A DNA stretch of 64,000 bases from the human T2T-CHM13v2.0 reference genome, Homo sapiens: the NCBI RefSeq assembly GCF_009914755.1, contig NC_060941.1; one strand, 5' to 3'. Both the position numbers and the translations under genes were made by a program. Below are positions 1 to 15,000 of this stretch, piece by piece (positions within the stretch are counted from its first letter, which is position 1; every line of letters begins with the position of its first letter). The notes beneath the pieces are model-generated. The model had not been told where the DNA came from. It did no database searches and saw only the letters and a list, made by a program, of their open reading frames with translations.

Positions 1-252
1 TAGTACTCCATAGTGTACATGGACTACATTTTCTTTATCCAATCCACTCTTGATGGGCATCTAGGATGATTCCATGTCTCTGCTATTGTGAATAGTGCTG
101 CAATGAACATACAAGTGCATGTGTCTTTTTGGTAGAATGATTTATTTTCTTTTGGAGATACACCCAGTCATGGGATTGCTGAGTGAAATGGTAGTTCTGT
201 TTTAAGTTACTTGAGACATCTCCAAACTGCTTTCCACAATGGCTGAACTAAA
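1..252 (-). mobile_element. L1 (old L1PA/L1PB-like) ORF2-end/3' segment, continues left of window
   Basis: Reverse complement reads ttagttcagccattgtggaaagcag...ggataaagaaaatgt, typical L1 3' ORF2. Confidence 0.9.
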
Positions 253-254
253 CT

Positions 255-2952
<2,698 letters not shown>

Positions 2953-3477
2953 ACAGTCCTTTTAAAGCTGGTTTGGAGGATATGGTTGGGATATGCTACA
3001 ACCATGTGCTTCCATATTCTGAACCCCAGAATTAGAAATAGACACAGGCCACAGGCAGAACATTACCAGGCCTCCTCTGCATGAAGCAGCAGCGCAGAAT
3101 ACACATGCTCTGCAGCAGGTGGAGTTCAAAGAGGAAGCAGAAGGAGAAACTAAGTTAGGCGGCCCAGGTCCCAGTCCCAAAGGCACCAGCCAAATAATTC
3201 ACTCCTCTTCTGGTAGAAGCAGATAGAGGTTACAGAGAGGAGAGAAGTCAGGGGTGTTTAAGAATAACTTTTCCTTATAGAATCTGGTAGAGGAAAGAGG
3301 AAGACGTGTTTATCCCTTATTCCATACTAATAAAGTCGGACTTTCTGCTTGTGTATGGACTGCTTGGGTTTGGAAAGAATTCGCAACCCCTGTCTTTGTT
3401 TCCTTTTTACCTTCATCCTTCCCCTTGGATTTTACCCTTCACATATATAGTTTGCAAAACTGTGCCCTGGCTACTGG

Positions 3478-3648
3478 TCTCTGTGACAGGTCAGGCACAA
3501 AAACAGCATGTTCAGACTGGGTAATTTGAGGACAATTTAATAAAGAGGCTATTTACAAAGATTTAGGCAAGGTGTAGGGAAGTAGCAGGGAGAGAGTGCA
3601 GGACTCTGGAACCAACACAGGGCTTGGAAGAGGAATATTACCACCCTG
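3478..3648 (-). mobile_element. LTR41-like ERVL LTR fragment
   Basis: ctgggtaatttgagg...tttaataaag..gctatttacaaag resembles recalled LTR41 consensus. Confidence 0.5.
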
Positions 3649-4135
3649 GGGTAGACATACCCTAAGGTGACCCACACTGAGTCCACCCTTGTGTAATCCC
3701 CTCCCCTTGAGTGTGGGTGGGTTTTTAACCAATAGAATATTTCAAGGGTGATGAGCTATTACTCTCATGACCACCTTACATTTTCAGGACTATGTCTTAG
3801 CAGGTTGAAAACAGTCTCTTGCTGGCCTTGAAAAGCAAACCGTCATGTGCTAACTGCCTAGAGATAGGGAGACGGCCATGTGGCAAAGAGCTTTGGGTGG
3901 CCTCTAGCACCAGGGGCAGTCTCTATCTAATAGCCAGTAAAAAAAAAAAAAAAAAAAAAAATGGGGCCCTCAGTCATGCAGCTACAAGGAAATGTATTCT
4001 TCCAACAGGCTGAATGAGCTGGAATGAACTTGGACGCTTCTCCCATTCAAGCCTCCAGATGAGAACACAGCCTAGTGGACACCTTGATGGCAACCTTGTG
4101 TGATCCTGATCAGAAGACCCAGTTAATACAATCTC
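3649..4135 (+). mobile_element. MaLR LTR (MLT1E/F-like)
   Basis: cccttgtgtaatcccctccccttgagtgtggg, ccatgtggcaaagagct, cagcctagtggacaccttgat motifs. Confidence 0.75.
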
Positions 4136-4155
4136 ATTATAAAAGAAAAAAAAAA

Positions 4156-4533
<378 letters not shown>

Positions 4534-4984
4534 TCATAGATGAACAGACATTTAATGAGAATAGTGGTTACCTCCAAGGAGGGTCGGGGGCCTGGGATAG
4601 ATGGTAAAGGTCTACTTACATGTTAACATCATTGTTTAAATGTGTGCAGTAACAATATATTCATATATTATTTGTATAATTAGAATACTAACAATATTAA
4701 CCAAAGAAAAAGAAAAGATCATTTGCTCATTCATAATGTCATTCTCTGTTCACAACAGTGAACAGAGGCATTACCTATTTTTACTTTTCAAGTAAAGAAA
4801 TGAGACCCAGAGAGGGGAAGAGGGTTGTACTTGTCGGTAGCCATGCTTCAGCCCATGGGGCCTCCACCAGCTCACACCATTCACTGTGCCTTTTCGGTGA
4901 GGATGGACTCCAGACCCTATAAGCGCCTTCCATGCTAGTGCTCAGATCCCGCATTTGTAGGCTCACAGCCCCCACTTACCCCCA

Positions 4985-5313
4985 CAATGGACTGAATGTT
5001 TGTATCCTCCCAAAACTCATGTGTTGAAGCCTCATTCCCTAATGTGATGGTTTTAAGAGGTAGTGCCTTTGGAAGGTAATTAGTGCCCTTTTGAGAAGAG
5101 ACACAAGAGATATGATTTCTACCCCCTCTATGAGAGGACACAGCAAAAAGGTAGCTGTGTGCAAACAAGGAAGAGAGCCCTCATCAGGAACTGAATTGGC
5201 CAACACCCTGATCTTGGACTTCCCAGCCTCCAGAACTGAGAGAAATAAATGTCTGTTGTTTGAAAGCCCCAGCCTATGGCATGCTTGTTACAGCAGCCCA
5301 GATGGATTAAGGC
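4985..5313 (+). mobile_element. MaLR LTR (MLT1A/MSTD-like)
   Basis: tggactgaatgtttgtatcc...gatcttggacttcccagcctccagaactg.gagaaataaat. Confidence 0.85.
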
Positions 5314-6646
5314 ACTCCCTCCAAGAAACATCAGGCTCTCTACACATATCCTGGGTCAGACCCCCTCTGAGTCACTGGCAGAAACCACAGCTAGACCAGT
5401 CTAGGGGACAAATGCCCTATTCATTGATGCTTCAGGCAAACTCAAAGGTGATGCAGATTGATCCTCTATGTGACAGATGAGGAAACTGAGGCTCATGGAA
5501 GGGAGGACCCAGACACTCTGCTCTGAGTAACCAGAGCCTGGCTTCTCCTGAGCATGGTGTGTACGGCCATTTCTTGGAGGGAGATGCCACAGGGCCTCTC
5601 CTCCTGCAGCACATGACCTACCTGGAGCACAGGATATGCACTGATGAAGAACACACTGTACAAGGTAGGCTGTGAGCACTGCCTAGGTGTGAGAAAGGGA
5701 ATCCAAGTGTGGGAACTTCCTCCCCTTCTTGAGGGGTCACCTGAGCCTTAGCTTCCTCATACACTAAGCTGCATCTCCAGGGGAGAGCCGAGCCTATGGG
5801 AGTCTGGGCTGTGGGATTGTGTCTATTCTTATTTATTTCTAAGTGGCAGAATGCTAAAAAAAAAAAAAAAGAAAAGAAAAGAAAATAAAGACCATACCAC
5901 TGCAAGTTAATTCAATGAGTTACTTTTTAAAAATAAATTTGTGCAGAAAAAATTCCTTGATCAGACTCTATAGCATGCAGCTACCCTGTCTGCTATGCAG
6001 GAAGCCACAGGACTCCCTGGCAAGAGGAGAGCGGGGGTATAGGCATCAGGGCGGGGGGCCCGCCTGGATGCAACGGGCAGAATTTTTCCTGCAGCAATGG
6101 AGCTGTAAGACAGCAGCCACAGGTGTCTTCCCCACCTCCAGCTCATTCAGCCTCTGACTCAGTCACCCTGCAGCCCCCCTTCTCTCCCAGCTCGGCCTCG
6201 GGCTGTTGTATTTTGCGTCACTCATTTCTCTGTGGCGCCAGCAGCCTTTATTGTTGAAAACGTCTGTATTTTGCTTTAATCAGAGCTCCTGTCAAGCACT
6301 GGCCCCCTCCTTTTGTACTTCATTGTCCTCAAGGGGAAAAAATTTATTACTAGCATCATTTTACACAAACCTCCCAGACGTGCTGGGATTCCACAATTCA
6401 TGAAGCCACCACTTTGGTTTCTGCTCAGCACCAGGAGTCACAAAAGACAAAAGGAAAGAATGTCCACCTCTCCTCGAGCTGCTGCTACCAGTGCTGGTCA
6501 GCTACTGACTTCTGTGTGATCATCAGCCAGTTGCTGCCCCTCTCTGGGCATCAGGTTCATCACCTATGCAACCAGGGGGATAGAGATGGTTTCCAAAGAT
6601 AATTTCATCCCATTCTGCTATAATTTTGATTCATAAGAGTAATTGG

Positions 6647-6974
<328 letters not shown>

Positions 6975-7010
6975 TCACGTCTCTCGGCCTCTGGTCATCG
7001 TTATCCCTAA

Positions 7011-7327
<317 letters not shown>

Positions 7328-7519
7328 CTGATTGGACTTTCTTATTGAATATCCGAGCATCACATTCCCCAACTTTAGACTTCTATGTCTTCTCCCTTCC
7401 TGGCCTGACACCCCAAGGCCTTCATAGCTTAGCTTCAACCTCCTCTTCCTGCCATTTCTCCTGTCCCTGTCACCCCATCCCATCACTGCCACCAGCAAGA
7501 AGGCTACATTTTTTAAAAG

Positions 7520-7581
7520 TTTATTTTATTTTATTTTTCTATGTTTATTTTTTTATTATACTTTAAGTTCTAGGGTACATG
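7520..7581 (-). mobile_element. Extremely 5'-truncated L1PA 3' terminus
   Basis: ttattatactttaagttctagggtacatg after a T-rich tail; TSD gaag(g/a)ctacatttt. Confidence 0.8.
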
Positions 7582-7599
7582 ACTTGGAAGACTACATTT

Positions 7600-7820
7600 T
7601 AAGTTTTCTTCATGCCTCTTTGATTCTGCACATGCTGTTCCTGCTACCTGGAGTGCCTTTTCCCTCTCTTTCATTTGTCTATCTGACTTCTTTGCCTTCA
7701 AAACGCAGTTCAAACACCAAAGTCTTGAGGAAATGCCAGGTGAAATCAGTCTGAGCCTCCACTGGGCTCCCCTCGCCCCCCTGCACACGCCCCAAGCCCA
7801 GCACTGCCCACTGTTCTCAG
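7600..7820 (+). mobile_element. L2 fragment
   Basis: tgcacatgctgttcc..cctggagtgcc..ccttcaaaacgcagttcaaa. Confidence 0.6.
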
Positions 7821-7921
7821 GACAGGACCTGGCATGGACAGGTTGGATGCAGTTGGCTGCATGTGGGGACACACAGGGAGGGCCAGAACTCACCTAAACA
7901 GGGCTGGTGGACTCATCTTAA

Positions 7922-8152
7922 CTGTGGCACAGTGGGAAGAATGCAGTTTTGGAGATGCTTGTGTCAGGGTTCAAATGCTGGTGCTGTCACTTTCTGGGGG
8001 TGTGCACTAAGGCAAGTCACTTAACTGCACTGTAAAATGCAATGTAAAATGGTAATTATTAAGCTTACCTTGCAGGGTCACTGTGAGGAATAGATAGAAT
8101 TATGTGATGTCTAGCACACACTGAATGGTAGGTATTCAATAAATAGTAGTTA
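7922..8152 (+). mobile_element. MIR
   Basis: gggttcaaat...ggcaagtcacttaac...ctgtaaaatg...caataaatagtagttat. Confidence 0.8.
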
Positions 8153-8171
8153 TAGGGCCCACTTATCATTG

Positions 8172-8254
8172 TTTGTCTGTCTGTCTGCCTATTCATCCAT
8201 CTATCCATCCATCCATCCATCCATCCATCCATCCATCCATCCATCCATCCATCC
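8172..8254. repeat. (TCTG)n/(TCCA)n microsatellite at an L2 3' end
   Basis: Direct inspection; followed by minus-strand L2 tail (ttgagtg...gtgctgggcatagtgctagg). Confidence 0.95.
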
Positions 8255-8699
8255 AATACTGATTGAGTGTTTTCCACGTGCTGGGCATAGTGCTAGGCTG
8301 GAGATGTGGTAATGAGTATTCAGGACAAGCTAGGTCTCCCCCTCCTGCTCTGATATTTGAAGTGGCCTTAGTTTCCGTCTCACCTCTCCCAGTGCCACCT
8401 GACCTGGTGCTGCTCTAAGCTAGTGGGATGAAACTCTGGCCTGGCTCAGGCCACCCAGAGAAGGAGCATCATTTCCTTCTGCACCTGCCTGCCTGGTGCA
8501 TGTGGGCCTGGACTGCCCTGAGGTGGGCCTCAGAGATGGGAAAGAGGCTCAAGATGGTGCTGGGCAGGGCCTGAGCCACTCAGAGACATTTCTGCAGCAG
8601 CCTTCATGGCCCTGCCACACTGGCCGCCACTTACCTGGCCATACCCCAACCCTTCCTCCAACTCCTCACTCCTATCCAGCTGATCTACTCACTCTTCCA

Positions 8700-8800
8700 C
8701 TTGCCCTCCCAGAGGGCTGTTGTGAGGACTAAATGAATTGATGTAGGTAAAGTTCTAGAACCTTCCTGGCATGCAGTGGGCACTGCAGAAGCATTCAGGT
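8700..8800 (+). mobile_element. MIR fragment
   Basis: agggctgttgtgaggactaaatga...gtaaagttctagaac..cctggca. Confidence 0.65.
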
Positions 8801-9229
8801 CCACTATTCTATCATCAAATAATCAAGATGACTCATGCAGGGGCATCAATGCCCTCAGTTCACAGTCGTGGAAACACGCTGAGAGACAGAATGAGGGTCG
8901 CCCAAGGACAATGTCTGGGAAGAGGCGAGAGAGACTGGAAGCCAATTTGGACTGCAGTGAAGGGCTGAGGTCGGGCTCTTTCAATAAAAACATGTTATTA
9001 CTGCCCTGAGCTGTTTACACCTCCCTCTAGATCAGCTGCATAGCCAGAGTGGGGAGGTGAGAAGTGGGCAAGGGAGCTGAAGCGGTGCTACCCTTCTGTG
9101 GGGGTTTGATGCAGCTATAGCACCCCCAGCCAACACACACACACAACATACGCAACACACAATCCTGAGAAATCCTCCCTGGAAAGCTTCCCCTGCAGAT
9201 GCATGGACATGAGTCAGAAGTCAGCCATC

Positions 9230-9532
<303 letters not shown>

Positions 9533-10661
9533 TCAACTGCAGTTGTGCCTGGGTAGCTCCTTGGTGAGGTGCCTTTTGGAAACACCTCCTAGCACCCCAG
9601 GTAGTTCCCACTCCCAGGTCCCTCCATCCCAGACACCAAGCTGGAGGATTTACAAACATCTCATGCCCCAGGAGCTCAGAGTTAGGTGTTATTCTGTCCA
9701 TGTCCCAGACAAATGTCCTGTGACTCAGAGAGGGGGCTTACTCAGGGACAATGAGAGGACGAGTGGCCCAGCGAGATAAGAAACAAGTATCCTGAGCCCT
9801 TATCTAGGACTTTCCTCCGCTTTCTTGTGCCAAGTCCTCAATGTCTCAGTTGCCTTGGGAGCTCCCTATATTCCTGGTCCCTGAGTACAAAAGAATGAGC
9901 AAGACAGGGCATCCACAAGGGCTCTTCCACTTGGCTGTCTCCTCCATCCCAGCCTTGGGGGGTCATTCTATCACCCACCACATATCCCCTCACTCGGATC
10001 CAAGGACCCTCTGTGGGCTTTCCTGATGCATCTCCCAGCACCTCACAAACACCCCCAGCCCGGCTGCCTTTTACGGAGCTGAATCGGGCCAAGACCTCCC
10101 TTTCACATGAGTTTTATTCCCTTTCAAAGGTGACTTGGTGACACTGTTCAGTGCGGACCCACCTCAAGCTTCGGTTGTTTGTGATTTAATGAGGAGCCTT
10201 TTAATTATAACATCTGTTGTTTTAATTACCAAAGGAATTATAATGAGGCTCCCGGAGGAAGCTGCTGCCAGAGTAGAAGCTGGAGAAGAATTCTCGGCAT
10301 CAGAGGGCCGACAGGGTCCCTGGCACGGTGGCTGCCACTGAGTGTGACCCGTCATGGAGAGTACTTCATCTTCATTTTAATTAAGCTTCGGGGGTGAGAC
10401 AGGCAGCCTCCGGATTCAAGGGAGCTGACTGCCCGTATCCTGAAAGAGGCTCTGCTTTAGGAAGCCTCGGATTTTGTGGATGGAGAGAAGGCAAAAAGAC
10501 AAACACGCCATTTTGCTGATGCTGATAGAGGCACACATTGGCCACTCAATAAGCAGGTGGGGACAAGAGCCTGGGCCTCCCTACTGTGCAGCTGTGTGAC
10601 CTTAGCACGATCAGCAGATGTCGGCAGATTTTAGTTTTCTCACGTAGAAAATGAAAGTGAT

Positions 10662-10909
<248 letters not shown>

Positions 10910-11109
10910 TCAATGAAATGATTCATCCCTGACATTAGAACCTGGGTTTAGAGTTTGTAAGCCATGTTCACATCCATCAGATAGAAAGAACTGTGTATAT
11001 TGTAAGATGAATTTCACACAGACAGAGGGTCCATGATGAAGGTGAGGATACGAACCTTGGTGGTAGTGAGGCCAAGTTCATAATGGTGGTGAGAGTGATT
11101 ATGTTTCTG

Positions 11110-11582
11110 AGATAGCAATCATGCCCATTATCTCAGCTCTTTACCCCTTCTGTATCCATGCCCATTGAAGTTCCTCTCCCTAAAGAGCGTGAGTCTTTTC
11201 TCCCACTGAATTTGGACAGGTCTTGCAACTTGCTGCATTTAAAAGAATGCAGGAGAAATGATGATAAGCCTGTTCCACACCTAGGTCTCGGCAGATCTTG
11301 CTTGCTTCTGCTTCCTCTCTGCTTCTCCACCACAACCCTGAGAACTTGCCCAGGCTTGCCTACAGAGAATGAGATTCACATGAAGGAGAGCCAATGCCAT
11401 TCTAGATGGGCCAACAGCCCACCAGCTGCCAGACACATGAGTGAGCCCAGCGAAGATCAGCAGAGCGGCTGGGCCTCCTGCAGCTGACCCCAGACACACG
11501 CACAACAAATGCAATGCTTGTAGGTTACAGAGGATAAGTAGCAATTTTATGTAGCATTATATGGTAATAAATAATAGATACA
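11110..11582 (+). mobile_element. MaLR LTR (MLT1H-like)
   Basis: ctgtatccatgccc, cacatgagtgagcccagc.aagatcagcagagc, terminal gcatta...gataca. Confidence 0.7.
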
Positions 11583-12048
11583 CTCCTCCAGGTTCTGAAG
11601 CAATTGAGTAATAGAGACAAGAAACAGACAGGTAACAAAACAGTTTTTGTTTTGTTTTGTTTTTCCTAGTAAGACTTGGTTGGAAAATGCTACTTGAAAC
11701 TTCTGAACCAAACCTGGATTTCTACCCAAATTGAATGTACCCATCCATGACTGCCCAGGTGAGATTATCATATACAGGGGAGGAAGAAAAACACCTGCAG
11801 CCATAGTCAGGCTGGTCAAAAAGAGAGAATGATCCAGAGAAACCCAGCAACTCATGCTCAATCCTTTAACAGAACCTCAGGCCAGTCAAGACACTTCTCC
11901 CCTAGGGAGGAATGAGCGAGGGGGTAGAGACAAGGGTAAAAACGATGTGCCCACACTTCCAGGAGGGCTGAAATTCCTATTTTCATCTTTAATGGGGCCA
12001 TGGCAGAAATTTAGGGCAAGAAAGAAAATGGCTTCTGCTAGACAGGAG

Positions 12049-15000
12049 CTGATGGAGGTGGTGTTGTTGGAGGTGGTGGTGATGGAGGTGGTGGTGATGG
12101 AGGTGGTGGTGATGGAGGTGGTGGTGATGGTGATGGAGGTGGTGGTGATGGAGATGGTGGTGATGGGGGTGGTGCTGATGGAGGTGGTGGTGATGGAGGT
12201 GGTAGTGATGGAGGTGGTGGTGATGGGGGTGGTGGTGATGGAGGTGGTGGTGATGGTGGTGGTGGTGATGGAGGTGGTAGTGATGGAGGTGGTGGTGATG
12301 GGGGTGGTGGTGATGGGGGTGGTGGTGATGGGGGTGGTGGTGATGGAGGTGGTGGTGATGGAGGTGGTGGTGATGGGGGTGATGGTGATGGGGGTGGTGG
12401 TGATGGAGGTGGTGGTGATGGGGGTGGTGATGGGGGTGATGGTGATGGAGGTGGTGGTGATGGAGGTGGTGGTGATGGGGGTGATGGTGATGGGGGTGGT
12501 GATGGGGGTGATGGTGATGGGGGTGGTGGTGATGGTGGTGGTGGTGATGGGGGTGGTGGTGATGGGGGTGGTGGTGATGGAGGTGGTGGTGATGGTGGTG
12601 GTGGTGATGGAGGTGGTAGTGATGGAGGTGGTGGTGATGGGGGTGGTGGTGATGGGGGTGGTGGTGATGGGGGTGGTGGTGATGGAGGTGGTGGTGATGG
12701 AGGTGGTGGTGATGGGGGTGATGGTGATGGGGGTGGTGGTGATGGAGGTGGTGGTGATGGGGGTGGTGATGGGGGTGATGGTGATGGAGGTGGTGGTGAT
12801 GGAGGTGGTGGTGATGGGGGTGGTGGTGATGGGGGTGGTGGTGATGGGGGTGATGGTGATGGGGGTGGTGATGGGGGTGATGGTGATGGGGGTGGTGGTG
12901 ATGGGGGTGATGATGGGGGTGATGGTGATGGGGGTGGTGGTGATGGTGATGGGGGTGGTGATGGGGGTGGTGGTGATGGGGGTGGTGGTGATGGGGGTGA
13001 TGATGGGGGTGATGGTGATGGGGGTGGTGGTGATGGTGGTGGTGGTGATGGGGGTGGTGGTGATGGGGGTGATGGTGATGGAGGTGGTGGTGATGGTGGT
13101 GGTGGTGATGGGGGTGGTGGTGATGGTGATGGGGGTGGTGATGGAGGTGGTGGTGATGGAGGTGGTGGTGATGGAGGTGGTGGTGATGGTGGTGGTGGTG
13201 ATGGAGGTGGTAGTGATGGAGGTGGTGGTGATGGGGGTGGTGGTGATGGGGGTGGTGGTGATGGGGGTGGTGGTGATGGAGGTGGTGGTGATGGAGGTGG
13301 TGGTGATGGGGGTGATGGTGATGGGGGTGGTGGTGATGGTGATGGGGGTGGTGATGGGGGTGATGGTGATGGGGGTGGTGGTGATGGAGGTGGTGGTGAT
13401 GGGGGTGGTGATGGGGGTGATGGTGATGGAGGTGGTGGTGATGGAGGTGGTGGTGATGGGGGTGATGGTGATGGGGGTGGTGATGGGGGTGATGGTGATG
13501 GGGGTGGTGGTGATGGTGGTGGTGGTGATGGGGGTGGTGGTGATGGGGGTGGTGGTGATGGGGGTGGTGATGGGGGTGATGGTGATGGAGGTGGTGGTGA
13601 TGGAGGTGGTGGTGATGGGGGTGATGGTGATGGGGGTGGTGATGGGGGTGATGGTGATGGGGGTGGTGGTGATGGTGGTGGTGGTGATGGGGGTGGTGGT
13701 GATGGGGGTGATGGTGATGGAGGTGGTGGTGATGGTGGTGGTGGTGATGGGGGTGGTGGTGATGGTGATGGGGGTGGTGATGGAGGTGGTGGTGATGGAG
13801 GTGGTGGTGATGGAGGTGATGGTGATGGGGGTGGTGGTGATGGGGGTGATGGTGATGGGGGTGGTGGTGATGGGGGTGGTGGTGATGGGGGTGATGGTGA
13901 TGGAGGTGGTGGTGATGGGGGTGGTGGTGATGGGGGTGATGGTGATGGGGGTGGTGGTGATGGAGGTGGTGGTGATGGGGGTGGTGGTGATGGAGGTGGT
14001 GGTGATGGAGGTGGTAGTGATGGAGGTGGTGGTGATGGTGGTGGTGGTGATGGGGGTGATGGTGATGGAGGTGGTGGTGATGGGGGTGGTGGTGATGGGG
14101 GTGATGGTGATGGAGGTGGTGGTGATGGAGGTGGTGGTGATGGGGGTGGTGATGGTGGTGGTGGTGATGGAGGTGGTGGTGATGGGGGTGGTGGTGATGG
14201 AGGTGGTGGTGATGGGGGTGGTGGTGATGGAGGTGGTGGTGATGGGGGTGGTGGTGATGGGGGTGGTGGTGATGGAGGTGGTGGTGATGGTGGTGGTGGT
14301 GATGGGGGTGGTGGTGATGGAGGTGGTGGTGATGGGGGTGGTGGTGATGGGGGTGGTGGTGATGGGGGTGGTGGTGATGGAGGTGGTGGTGATGGAGGTG
14401 GTAGTGATGGAGGTGGTGGTGATGGTGGTGGTGGTGATGGGGGTGATGGTGATGGTGGTGGTGGTGATGGGGGTGGTGGTGATGGGGGTGGTGGTGATGG
14501 TGGTGGTGGTGATGGGGGTGGTGGTGATGGAGGTGGTGGTGATGGGGGTGGTGGTGATGGGGGTGGTGGTGATGGGGGTGATGATGGGGGTGATGGTGAT
14601 GGGGGTGGTGGTGATGGTGGTGGTGGTGATGGGGGTGGTGGTGATGGGGGTGATGATGGGGGTGATGGTGATGGGGGTGGTGGTGATGGTGATGGGGGTG
14701 GTGATGGGGGTGATGGTGATGGGGGTGGTGGTGATGGGGGTGGTGGTGATGGGGGTGATGATGGGGGTGATGGTGATGGGGGTGATGGTGATGGGGGTGG
14801 TGGTGATGGTGATGGGGGTGGTGATGGGGGTGATGGTGATGGGGGTGGTGGTGATGGAGGTGGTGGTGGTGGAGGTGGTGGTGATGGAGGTGGTGGTGAT
14901 GGAGGTGGTGGTGATGGGGGTGGTGGTGATGGGGGTGGTGGTGATGGGGGTGGTGGTGATGGAGGTGGTGGTGATGGTGGTGATGGTGATGGGGGTGGTG

